Both the position numbers and the translations under genes were made by a program. Below are positions 17,677 to 28,625 of a stretch of DNA of 64,000 bases, one piece after another. The DNA is from Thermoanaerobaculia bacterium (GTDB lineage Bacteria > Acidobacteriota > Thermoanaerobaculia > Gp7-AA8): NCBI GenBank assembly GCA_017883235.1, contig JADGNY010000011.1, forward strand, positions 20-64,019. Direction: 5' to 3'. Under the pieces are notes generated by a model that made no database searches, was not told the DNA's origin, and saw nothing but the letters and a program-made list of their open reading frames with translations. How positions within the stretch are numbered: the first letter of the stretch is position 1; every line of letters begins with the position of its first letter.

Positions 17677-18630
17677 TTGAAGCACTACATCGCCCTCGCC
17701 CGTCCGTTCACCCTCCTCCCACCGCTCTTCGGCATCGTTTCGGGAGCGGTCTGCGCGTGGGGATCGGCCCACAATCCCGATCCGGCGCGGGCGCTGACGT
17801 CGTCGGTGATCTGGACGATCGTCCTCGGCTCGCTCTGCGCGTCGTTTCTCAACGCGGCGAACAACTCGCTCAATCAGATCTACGACCTCGAGATCGACCG
17901 GATCAACAAGCCGAAGCGGCCGATCGTCACCGGCGAAGTGTCGATCCGCGGCGCCTGGATCTTCACCTGGATCATGTACGTCCTCGGCCTCGTGCCGACG
18001 TGGCTGGTCGTCGTCTATCCCTACACCACGTGGCGCGCCAAGTTCTTCGCACCGCTGCCGCTGCACGAATGCATCGCCATCTACCTCATCGCCTTCATCT
18101 CGACATTCGTTTACTCGGTCCCCGCGCTCGGACGGACGAAGGCGCATCCGATCGGCGCGAACCTGACCATCGCCATCCCGCGCGGCTGTCTCCTGAAGGT
18201 GGCCGGCTGGACGATGGTGGCGAGCGCCAGGACCGCGGAGCCGTGGTTCATCGGCTCGGTCTTCATGCTCTTCCTCCTCGGCGCGGCCTCGACGAAGGAT
18301 TTCAGCGACATCGAAGGCGACCGCGCCGGCGGCTGCCGTACGCTGCCGATCACCTTCGGCGTGAAGCGCGCCGCCTGGATGATCGCGCCGTTCTTCATCT
18401 TCCCGTGGCTGCTCATGCCCCTCGGCGCCGCGACGCACATTCTCACCGGCAACGCCCGGTTCCTCACGATCCTCGGCATCGCCCTGTCGCTCTGGGGCGC
18501 CTACACCGTCTGGCTCATCGTCCGCAATCCCGACGAGCTGACCGCGACGGAGAACCATCCCTCCTGGCGGCACATGTATCTGATGATGATGGCTGCGCAG
18601 GTGGGTTTTGCGGTGGCGTATGTGGTGTGA
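17677..18630 (+). CDS. UbiA-family polyprenyltransferase
   Basis: TTG start. NNSLNQIYDLEIDRINKPKRPIVTGEVS (NxxxDxxxD plus RP..G motif). 8-9 TM helices. Confidence 0.85.
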   Translation: MKHYIALARPFTLLPPLFGIVSGAVCAWGSAHNPDPARALTSSVIWTIVLGSLCASFLNAANNSLNQIYDLEIDRINKPKRPIVTGEVSIRGAWIFTWIMYVLGLVPTWLVVVYPYTTWRAKFFAPLPLHECIAIYLIAFISTFVYSVPALGRTKAHPIGANLTIAIPRGCLLKVAGWTMVASARTAEPWFIGSVFMLFLLGAASTKDFSDIEGDRAGGCRTLPITFGVKRAAWMIAPFFIFPWLLMPLGAATHILTGNARFLTILGIALSLWGAYTVWLIVRNPDELTATENHPSWRHMYLMMMAAQVGFAVAYVV

Positions 18631-18649
18631 CCCCCAACCCCAGAACCCC

Positions 18650-18920
18650 CATCCTGACGTGGAGCGAAGCGACACTGTCAGGATCTCCGGTGCGACCCGC
18701 GCAGACCTTGCCGATGGGCAACTACCGAGCGGTCTGACCGGAGATCCTGACAGTGTCGCTGGTGAGCCCCCCATCCTGACGTGGAGCGAAGCGACACTGT
18801 CAGGATCTCCGGTGCGACCGCGCAGACCCTGCCAATGGGCAACTACCGGGCGGTCTGACCGGAGATCCTGACAGTGTCGCTACGCTCCACGTCAGGATGG
18901 AGCTTAAACACGTCAGGATG
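18650..18920. repeat. TCCTGACGTGGAGCG-family cluster (copy B)
   Basis: Same sequence family as 17369-17613. It fills the whole UbiA / GT-C intergenic space. Confidence 0.85.
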
Positions 18921-18925
18921 GGGGT

Positions 18926-20503
18926 TCAGCGAGCTCGCAGAACCTGATACATCCACACCCCCGGTGGAAAGTCGTACTCATAGTCCTCCACATAGTTCGC
19001 CGCCAGATACGCGTTATACGCATCCCTCTCCGGAAGGTGAAGGTGTACCGCGTACAGCCGGTCGACGAAGGCGTACTGATAGCGTACGGAAGAATCCCGC
19101 TTCGTGAAGAGCACGAAATTCGGTTCCGGGCGTTCGAGCGCGTTGTTGTCGGCGACGAGGATCTTCACCTTCGGGTCGCGCGCCAGCAGGCGGTCGATGT
19201 AGGCATTCACCGGCCCGCGGTCCTGCGCGTGCATGACCGCCGGTCCGTAGAACTCGCCGATGAACCGGTCGCCGTATTGCGAGCCGTAGAAGAGATAGTT
19301 GGGAAAGAAGCGGACGACGTCGTAGAGCTGCACGGCGAAACAGACGGCGATGACGGCCACGAGCGGCGCGGAGACGCGGCGCCGGAATTCGTATCCGAGG
19401 AGAACGGTGGCGATCACGAGGTAGACCAGCGGATAGAACTGCACTTGGTGATGCGGCGCGTCGTAGCGGAAGACCAATCCCTTCAGCGCGAAGTTGATGG
19501 CCACGCTGATGGCGATTGCGGCGAGAAAGGCACGCTGCGTCGTGCGGGGTGCGGGGCGCCGTGAGATGGCCCAGCAGGTCGCCGCCAGCGCCAGCCACCA
19601 CGGCCCGATCTTGATCACGAAGATGACCAGCGAGAAATACCAGGGCGCGTGCGGCGATCCGAGCCCGAGGTAGTTCCAGAACGGATAGGGTTTTGGCAAA
19701 GTACAGGCGCGGATCAGCGCCACGAGCAGCTTCGGCCGTAGGTAGATGACCGAGGTCGCGAAGAACGTGGCCACGGCCACCGGCAGGAAGAGGAGGTCGC
19801 GCCACAACATCCGGCGCTCGCGGCCGATCGTCATCGCATAGAAGACCGCGATGAAGAGGCCGTTGAACACGCCGACGATCGAGCACGATGTCGCCAGTCC
19901 GAAGGCGATCGCGCTGATCAATAGCGGGGTTGCGGCGGGGTCTCGCGGTTTCGCGGTCTCGCGGTGAACAACCTGCGTAACCGCGCGACCCCGAGACCGC
20001 GCCACCGCGTAATAAAACGCAACAAACGACACCGTCGTGAACAGCGTGAAGAGCATGTTCGCGTGCGTCAGCAGCATCCGCCCCGCGGTCAGGAGCTGGG
20101 GCGAGAGGACATACAGCGCGGCCGTCATCGTCGCCACGGCCACGCCGAACTCCCGCCGCGCGAAGGCGTACAGCAGGAACAGCGTCAGAGCGCTGGCGAC
20201 GACGCTGACGGCGTACTGCGCCTCCATTCGAGGCGTGATCGCCAGGACCGTGGCGTGAATGTAGAAGGGGAGGCGCGTCTGCGAGATGTCGTCGAGGCAG
20301 GCAAATGGATCGTGCGTCGCCGCCAGGCAGTGGATGATCTCGATGTCCGTCCCCTCATCCCATGTCGGCGAGATCGAGGCCATGCGGTGGAGGTGCAGGA
20401 AGGCGAACGCCGCGAAGATCACGGCGAAGACGATGTTCGCGGCGCGGGGACGGGAGATCACGACGGCTCGAAGTAGAGCACGAGCACCGCGATCGCCGCC
20501 CAA
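18926..20503 (-). CDS. GT-C fold membrane glycosyltransferase (ArnT/PMT/arabinosyltransferase-like)
   Basis: 525 aa and more than 10 TM helices. The first periplasmic loop carries an acidic motif (TWDEGTD). It is adjacent to a decaprenyl-phosphate phosphoribosyltransferase-like gene. Confidence 0.55.
   Translation of the reverse strand: MGGDRGARALLRAVVISRPRAANIVFAVIFAAFAFLHLHRMASISPTWDEGTDIEIIHCLAATHDPFACLDDISQTRLPFYIHATVLAITPRMEAQYAVSVVASALTLFLLYAFARREFGVAVATMTAALYVLSPQLLTAGRMLLTHANMLFTLFTTVSFVAFYYAVARSRGRAVTQVVHRETAKPRDPAATPLLISAIAFGLATSCSIVGVFNGLFIAVFYAMTIGRERRMLWRDLLFLPVAVATFFATSVIYLRPKLLVALIRACTLPKPYPFWNYLGLGSPHAPWYFSLVIFVIKIGPWWLALAATCWAISRRPAPRTTQRAFLAAIAISVAINFALKGLVFRYDAPHHQVQFYPLVYLVIATVLLGYEFRRRVSAPLVAVIAVCFAVQLYDVVRFFPNYLFYGSQYGDRFIGEFYGPAVMHAQDRGPVNAYIDRLLARDPKVKILVADNNALERPEPNFVLFTKRDSSVRYQYAFVDRLYAVHLHLPERDAYNAYLAANYVEDYEYDFPPGVWMYQVLRAR
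19937..20003. repeat. Short-repeat hairpin (GGTCTCGC-type units) inside the GT-C gene
   Basis: GGGGTCTCGCGGTTTCGCGGTCTCGCGGT GAACAACCTGCGTA ACCGCGCGACCCCGAGACCGCGCC. On the coding strand it encodes about RAVTQVVHRETAKPRDPAATP. Confidence 0.6.
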
Positions 20504-21336
20504 AGAAGCGCGCAGACGATCATCTGCGGGTCGCGCACCAGCCGGTCGGTCGGCGACTGGTCATGATCGATTTCCAGGAGGTACCGGTAGCGGAAGACGC
20601 CGAACAGCACCACCGGCACGGTCGCGGCGAGCTGGGGGCGCACGGTCACGATGTAGAGGCCGTAGAAGACGAACGTGGCCACCACGGCGATCCCGGAGTA
20701 GTAGTCCATCAGCGCCACCGTGTAGTGCTGCAACACGGCCCGGAACCCGCCGGCGGGCGTCGTCGTCAGCAGCTCCTGTCGGCGCTTGGTCGCTGCCAGG
20801 TAGAGCGCCAGCGACAGTGTGGTGATGAACATCCAGACCGAGAGCACCACGTCGATCGCCACAGCGCCTCCCCACACCCGCAGCACGAAGCCGCAGGCGA
20901 TGGCGAAGAGGTCGACGATCGGCATCGTCTTCAGCCGGATCGAGTAGAACGTCGTCAGCCCGAGGTAGAGCGCCACCGCCAGCAGAAACTTCGGCGCGAC
21001 GAAAAACGCGGCGACGAGCAGAAGGGGAATGGCAATCGTAACGATCGTTACCGCGGCCCGTGGCGGGATTTCCCCCGAAGCGATCGGCCGCAGACGCTTG
21101 ACCGGATGCGCGCGGTCGCTCTCGATGTCGAACAGGTCGTTGATGATGTACGCGGCCGATGCCGCGCCGCAGAAGATGGCGAAGGCGGCCAGGGAGTGGA
21201 GCACCGCGTTCGCCGACGTGAACGAGCGCGAGAAGATCAGCGGCGCGAGCACGAACCCGTTCTTCAGCCACTGCGCCGGGCGAAGCAAACGGATCACGGG
21301 TAGCTCCCATCCTGACGTGGTTGTCTGGCTCCCCAT
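20458..21336 (-). CDS. Decaprenyl-phosphate phosphoribosyltransferase-like (UbiA superfamily)
   Basis: LRPAQWLKNGFVLAPLIFS and YIINDLFDIESDRAHPVKRLRPIASGEI match DPPR synthase-type enzymes. Confidence 0.8.
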   Translation of the reverse strand: MGSQTTTSGWELPVIRLLRPAQWLKNGFVLAPLIFSRSFTSANAVLHSLAAFAIFCGAASAAYIINDLFDIESDRAHPVKRLRPIASGEIPPRAAVTIVTIAIPLLLVAAFFVAPKFLLAVALYLGLTTFYSIRLKTMPIVDLFAIACGFVLRVWGGAVAIDVVLSVWMFITTLSLALYLAATKRRQELLTTTPAGGFRAVLQHYTVALMDYYSGIAVVATFVFYGLYIVTVRPQLAATVPVVLFGVFRYRYLLEIDHDQSPTDRLVRDPQMIVCALLWAAIAVLVLYFEPS

Positions 21337-21600
21337 CCTGACAGCGTCGCTGGTGAGTTCATCCTGACGTGGAGCGCAGCGACACTGTCAGGATCTCCGG
21401 TGCGACCGCGCAGACCCTGCCGATAGGCGACTACCGAGCGGTCTGACCGGAGATCCTGACAGTTTCGCTACGCTCCACGTCAGGATAAAGCTTGCGCGCC
21501 GGCCCTGCCAATGGGCAACTGCCGAGCGGTCTGACCGGAGATCCTGACAGTTTCGCTGGTGAGTTCATCCTGACAGTTTCGCTACGCTCCACGTCAGGAT
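21308..21600. repeat. TCCTGACGTGGAGCG-family cluster (copy C)
   Basis: Same family. It overlaps the first codons of the 20458-21336 gene and fills the divergent intergenic region. Confidence 0.85.
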
Positions 21601-21627
21601 AAAGCTAGGCGCAGTTACAATCAACCC

Positions 21628-22542
21628 GTGCTTTCCCTCGAACCCGAGCTGACCGCGAGCGGCGACCCCGCCGCCGCCCGTCTCATCGCCATCGAGCGCC
21701 GTGACGTCGTCAGCATCTATCCCGAGCTGCGCCTCCTGACGTGGGCCGGCGTGATGCTGATCTCCTGGGGCGTCGGGCTCTACATCTCCAAACATCTCGA
21801 CGACATCGGCCCGCTGGCCATCGCCGCGGCCATCGGTCTCGCCGCGATCGCCTGCTACGCGTGGTCGTTTTACAAGAAGGCACGCCAGGCGGCGCTGGTC
21901 GACGACTACGTCCTCCTTCTGGGCGCGCTCCTCGCCAGCGCCGACGTCGGTTACATCGAGTATCACTACCACCTCCTCGGCGCGAGCTGGTCGCGGCACT
22001 TCCTCTTTCTCGCCCTCCTGCACGCGGTCACGGCGTACATCTTCCAGTCGCGCCTCGTGCTCTCGCTCGCGGTGGCCTCGCTTGCGGCGTGGCTCGGGAT
22101 CGAGCGGCGAACGTTCGATGCCATCTTCGACTCCCCGGTCGCGACCGCGGACCGCGCCTTCGTCTGCGCGGCCGTCGTCATGGCCTGGCGCGTCGTCGAT
22201 CGAGCCGTGCGGAGTACCACGACGTTCAGCTCTCTCTTCGATCACGCTGCCGCCAACCTTGCCTTCTGGGGCGCGTTGACGCTGGCGGTGCACAAGGAGA
22301 CGCGGCTGCTGGGATGCGCGCTCGCCATCGCCCTGGCAGTCGTCTCGATGCTCCATGGCCGGCGCATTCGCGAAGCCACATTTGTCATCTACGCCTGGGT
22401 CTACGGAACGATCGCCGTCGACATCGTCGTCTGCGATGCCATCCATGAGGAAGTTCTCATCGCCCTTTACCTTCTCGTCTCCACGGTCGCGGCCATCGTC
22501 GGTCTTTTCGTTTCGCACGCGCGGATGCGGAGGGCGGCATGA
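21628..22542 (+). CDS. Hypothetical polytopic membrane protein
   Basis: GTG start, ~8 hydrophobic helices, no recognisable catalytic motif. Confidence 0.6.
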   Translation: MLSLEPELTASGDPAAARLIAIERRDVVSIYPELRLLTWAGVMLISWGVGLYISKHLDDIGPLAIAAAIGLAAIACYAWSFYKKARQAALVDDYVLLLGALLASADVGYIEYHYHLLGASWSRHFLFLALLHAVTAYIFQSRLVLSLAVASLAAWLGIERRTFDAIFDSPVATADRAFVCAAVVMAWRVVDRAVRSTTTFSSLFDHAAANLAFWGALTLAVHKETRLLGCALAIALAVVSMLHGRRIREATFVIYAWVYGTIAVDIVVCDAIHEEVLIALYLLVSTVAAIVGLFVSHARMRRAA

Positions 22543-23588
22543 CCGACTGGTTTCCGGGACCATCGGTCGCCGACGAGCGCGCCGAGGCCCTGCAGAAGTT
22601 GCTGCCGGGTACGAAGCCTCAGACACCGTGGCGGCACAACGGACTGCTGTTGCGCATCGTCTTCACCGTCTTTGCGCTCATCGCCGTCTCCGCGTTCTTC
22701 GGCTTCTTCAGCCTGCTGATGATGCCGAAGGGATGGCTCACCGCCGCGGCGGCGATCGGCACCGCCGAGTGGCTGATCCGTCAGCATCACTTCTTCCGCA
22801 CCGGCATCGAGTCGGGGCTCTGGATCTGCGGCACCTTCGCCTTCATCTTCGGGCTGCCCAGCTCGGGGAAGATCGAGGCCATCCTCGTCTTCGCCGCCGC
22901 TGCGGCTCTCTCGGGCTGGCGGATGCGCAACACATTCTTCGGCGTCTTCGCGGCGATCCTGGTCGTCGCCTATGTCGCCTTCAAGTGGAATCACGATCCA
23001 CTGCCGGCCATGGCCGTCGCCTCCGCCGTGACCATCGGCGCGACGATCGCGCTGCAGCGTGTCTGGCAGCGGCCGTCGACCGAGCGTCTCTTCGCCGGCC
23101 TCGTGCTGGCGATGCCGGTGACCGGCTATCTGGCCAGCATCGGCCAGTCGCTCTTCCGGTCGGAGCCGGCGATCAATGTCCCTCTGGCTATCATCCTCGG
23201 CGCGACCGCGATCGTGCTTCTCGCCTGCGGCGTGCTCTGGCGCAACCGCGTTCTCCTCGTTTCCGCCGTCCTGACGATCGCCTGCGCGGCGGTCGAGCTG
23301 CGTAACCTCGTTCATTTCCCTAACGAAACGAAGCTGATCGCCGCCGGCGTCCTCGTCGCCGCCATCGCTGCCGCCCTCGGGCGCGCGCTGCGCGATGCCA
23401 CCCGAGGCTTCGTCGTAACTCCCGTGCAGAGCAGCGGCTACGAGGAAGCGATGCAGATCGGCGGCATCATCAGCGTCGCCCCGCACGGCAGCGCGCCGGC
23501 GTCGCATCACACCGGCCCCGACCTCGCCGACTCCTCCGGTCCGACAGACAAATCCTTCGGCGGCGGGGGAGCGGGAGCGGGCTACTAA
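22539..23588 (+). CDS. Hypothetical polytopic membrane protein
   Basis: The ATG overlaps the previous stop. It has ~9 hydrophobic helices and a Gly-rich C-terminus (SFGGGGAGAGY). Confidence 0.6.
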   Translation: MTDWFPGPSVADERAEALQKLLPGTKPQTPWRHNGLLLRIVFTVFALIAVSAFFGFFSLLMMPKGWLTAAAAIGTAEWLIRQHHFFRTGIESGLWICGTFAFIFGLPSSGKIEAILVFAAAAALSGWRMRNTFFGVFAAILVVAYVAFKWNHDPLPAMAVASAVTIGATIALQRVWQRPSTERLFAGLVLAMPVTGYLASIGQSLFRSEPAINVPLAIILGATAIVLLACGVLWRNRVLLVSAVLTIACAAVELRNLVHFPNETKLIAAGVLVAAIAAALGRALRDATRGFVVTPVQSSGYEEAMQIGGIISVAPHGSAPASHHTGPDLADSSGPTDKSFGGGGAGAGY

Positions 23589-23590
23589 CG

Positions 23591-23785
23591 GCGCTTCGCG
23601 CGTTATCGGTTGTCGGTTATCGGTTGTCGGTTGGTCGGTTGAGCGAGGAGGCCCTTTTTGCTCGACCGACGACCGACAGCCCAACAACCGACAACCGACA
23701 ACCGACAACCGACAACCGATAACCGATAACCGATAACCGACAACCGACAACCGACAACCGACAACCGATAACGCGCGAAAGCGCA
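23591..23785. repeat. Large asymmetric heptamer hairpin, (GGTTRTC)~5 vs (CCGAYAA)~15, capped by GCGC-TTC-GCGC mini-hairpins
   Basis: GCGCTTCGCGCGTTATCGGTTGTCGGTTATCGGTTGTCGG...(CCGACAA/CCGATAA)n...CCGATAACGCGCGAAAGCGC. It starts 2 nt after the stop of the 22539-23588 gene. Confidence 0.85.
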
Positions 23786-24078
23786 GAACCGGTAGTGTTC
23801 CACGTGTCACAACCGTTGTGCATGGCTGCTCGAAGTCCTCGGACGGCCGAAAAAAACCAGCCTCGAGCGCCAGGAATCGCCGCTTTTCCGCAGGCCTCCC
23901 ATCCCCCAGCCCCCAAGCGCAAGTTTTTTCCGGCTGCGTCTGCTATTTCCTTCGGAATCGCATCGTAAATCCTGCGGAAAAAGGACTCGCCAAATCTGCA
24001 TGAGAATCATGTGCAAAACATGTGGAAAAGGCGTTGATTTTCTGCGGATTACGCGTCAAAGGACTGTCGAAAACCCTG

Positions 24079-24087
24079 TGGATAACC
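24079..24087 (-). promoter_or_regulatory. Perfect DnaA box (TGTGGATAA = TTATCCACA on the minus strand)
   Basis: Exact 9-mer. Same-orientation near matches lie at 24022-24030 (TGTGGAAAA) and 24144-24152 (TGTGGACTA). Confidence 0.4.
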
Positions 24088-24205
24088 TGCGTAGAACTGG
24101 CGGAATAGCCGCGGAGAACCATTCGAAAGCCCGTCTACATCCTGTGGACTAACTCGTTGATTCAGCGAATACTTACGCTTCCTGTTGTGTTTCCACCAAT
24201 TACGA

Positions 24206-24221
24206 CCACAACATCTTGTGG
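24206..24221. promoter_or_regulatory. NrdR-box-like palindrome upstream of nrdJ
   Basis: CCACAACATCTTGTGG fits the NrdR box pattern acaCwAtATaTwGtgt. A weaker second box, GCACAACATATGACTG, lies at 24264-24279. TTGACA at 24231-24236 with TACGTT 17 nt downstream sits between them. Confidence 0.4.
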
Positions 24222-24469
24222 CCACAGACTTGACATCCGTTTCCACCCGGCGTACGTTGTCCGGCACAACATATGACTGGAGAGCGCGGGGAGGATTGAT
24301 GAAGGATTTGAAACACGTTTCCCGTCTTGCCACCCGGAGTCCACGGCGATCCGTTTCACTGCAGATTCGCGAGTATCAGGTCACCGTCAAAGTCAAGACA
24401 CCAGTCCCTCAGGCCCGCCCCTCCGGCGCGCGCTTGCTGGCTCGCTAACAAACTACACAACTCACCCGG

Positions 24470-24493
24470 AGCGCCCCGCGTAGGGGCGCTTTT
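24470..24493 (+). terminator. Intrinsic-terminator-like hairpin in the nrdJ leader (possible attenuator)
   Basis: AGCGCCCC GCGTA GGGGCGCT followed by TTT, 25 nt upstream of the AAGGAGA RBS and the ATG at 24518. Confidence 0.4.
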
Positions 24494-24517
24494 GCGTCGA
24501 ATCAAGGAGAACAGGCC

Positions 24518-27352
<2,835 letters not shown>

Positions 27353-27415
27353 CACAAAGCAGGTTGGAACCCCTAATGCGTGTCGGGCCACGCGAATAAA
27401 AGGGCTACTAGAGAA

Positions 27416-28609
27416 ATGATGCCGACGCTTAGCTCAACGTATGACCAATGGATACCCGGTGTTCTTTCGAAGATTCAGATCAAAGCATTAATCGCCGACG
27501 ACTTCATTACAAACACGTCGTCTGAGCCTAGTGCATTCGATTACTCCTCGATGGATCTTCATTTGACGGAGGAAGGGTATCGGCTACCCAATGGCTCGAT
27601 AAAACCCTCCGGTACCAGGTACCTCCACCACGTAAAGCTTTCAAGTAAATGCGAAACACTGTCACCCGAAGGTGACGGGTCATTTCTTCTTAAACGGCAG
27701 CACACGTATCTCTTCAAACTCTCGGAGAGACTTGTGCTCCGCGAAGTCATCCGAGAGATGGGCGGTCTTTACGGGCAAGCAACAGCAAAGAGTTCAGTCG
27801 GTCGCGTCGATGTTCTGGCGCGGCTCATCGTAGACGGCTCACGTGATTATGAGATCTTCGCCCCTGAGGATTTTACTGACCGTGACGGCAAGGGTGATAT
27901 GTATGTTGAGATCACCCCCATTACATTCGATGTGAAGCTACGCCCCGGAGGATCAGTCAATCAGTTGCGCCTTTTTTTGGGTGCACCTAGTGAAGTAGAG
28001 ATGAGGGGCGATGTTTTGTATCGTAGGGTGCTGCGCACCGCGGGCAACAACTCTGATGGATCGCTCTCCGTCAACCTCGACGATACTACTATCTGTGGAG
28101 AATCGACTGCGGCGTTTGTCGCGACGCCTCCTTCGGAGCAGAACTCGAGAGAACCGGTTCGGCTATGGAAAGATGACAAGATCGAGAAGCCTAACCCTAG
28201 GCTCTTCTGGAGTTTACTGAAAGCCGACGAGTACAAGCGGCTTACCATCGCGAAGGATAATTTCTACATTCTGCGTTCGAAGGAAGCTATCGCTCTACCC
28301 AAAGGTGTGGCAGTGTATTGCCGCGCATCAGACGAAACCATCGGTGAAATGCGGATTCATTATGCGGGATTTGTCCACCCTCTCTTCGGGTACAATCGCA
28401 CTGACGGTAAAGTCGGGACGCCGCTAATCTTTGAGGTCAGAGGGCACAACGTGAACGTGAGTCTGGTGGACGGCGAAAGAATGGCGAAACTGACATTCTA
28501 TCGGATGTCTCAAGATGCAGTGCAGGATGCTGAGACCGATATGTCGTACAACGATCAAGAGCTGCAGCTTTCGAAATTCTTCGCCGATTGGAGCCCGTCT
28601 CAGAATTAA
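27416..28609 (+). CDS. Tandem-domain dCTP deaminase-like protein (long DCD / PF06559-like architecture)
   Basis: Half 1: GVLSKIQIKALIADDFI, SSMDLHL, AKSSVGRVDVLARL, MYVEITP..GSVNQLRLF. Half 2: FYILRSKEAIALP, IHYAGFVHPLFG, GTPLIFEVRGHNVNVSL..MAKLTFYRM. These parallel the Dcd motifs (GRSSLARLG, VLE, QL.F). The gene is markedly AT-richer than nrdJ. An alternative GTG start lies at 27380. Confidence 0.7.
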   Translation: MMPTLSSTYDQWIPGVLSKIQIKALIADDFITNTSSEPSAFDYSSMDLHLTEEGYRLPNGSIKPSGTRYLHHVKLSSKCETLSPEGDGSFLLKRQHTYLFKLSERLVLREVIREMGGLYGQATAKSSVGRVDVLARLIVDGSRDYEIFAPEDFTDRDGKGDMYVEITPITFDVKLRPGGSVNQLRLFLGAPSEVEMRGDVLYRRVLRTAGNNSDGSLSVNLDDTTICGESTAAFVATPPSEQNSREPVRLWKDDKIEKPNPRLFWSLLKADEYKRLTIAKDNFYILRSKEAIALPKGVAVYCRASDETIGEMRIHYAGFVHPLFGYNRTDGKVGTPLIFEVRGHNVNVSLVDGERMAKLTFYRMSQDAVQDAETDMSYNDQELQLSKFFADWSPSQN

Positions 28610-28625
28610 AGACGTCTGTATCGCT

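Noticed and set aside
17369-21600. Possible CRISPR arrays among the TCCTGACG repeat clusters (also 51451-51758).
   Set aside because: The units are ~96-120 nt, internally palindromic and directly abutting or inverted, with no unique spacers of regular length. There are no cas genes in the window.
23800-24240. Chromosomal origin (oriC) call from the DnaA boxes and A/T runs.
   Set aside because: There is only one perfect box, no dnaA, dnaN or gid neighbours, no clear AT-rich 13-mer unwinding element, and GC skew cannot be computed here. It is kept only as a low-interest finding.
24280-24517. Cobalamin riboswitch in the nrdJ leader.
   Set aside because: No B12-box-like sequence (AGYCMGGAGACCKGCC type) was seen. 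B12 repression of a B12-dependent RNR would also be unexpected. Only a terminator-like hairpin is reported.
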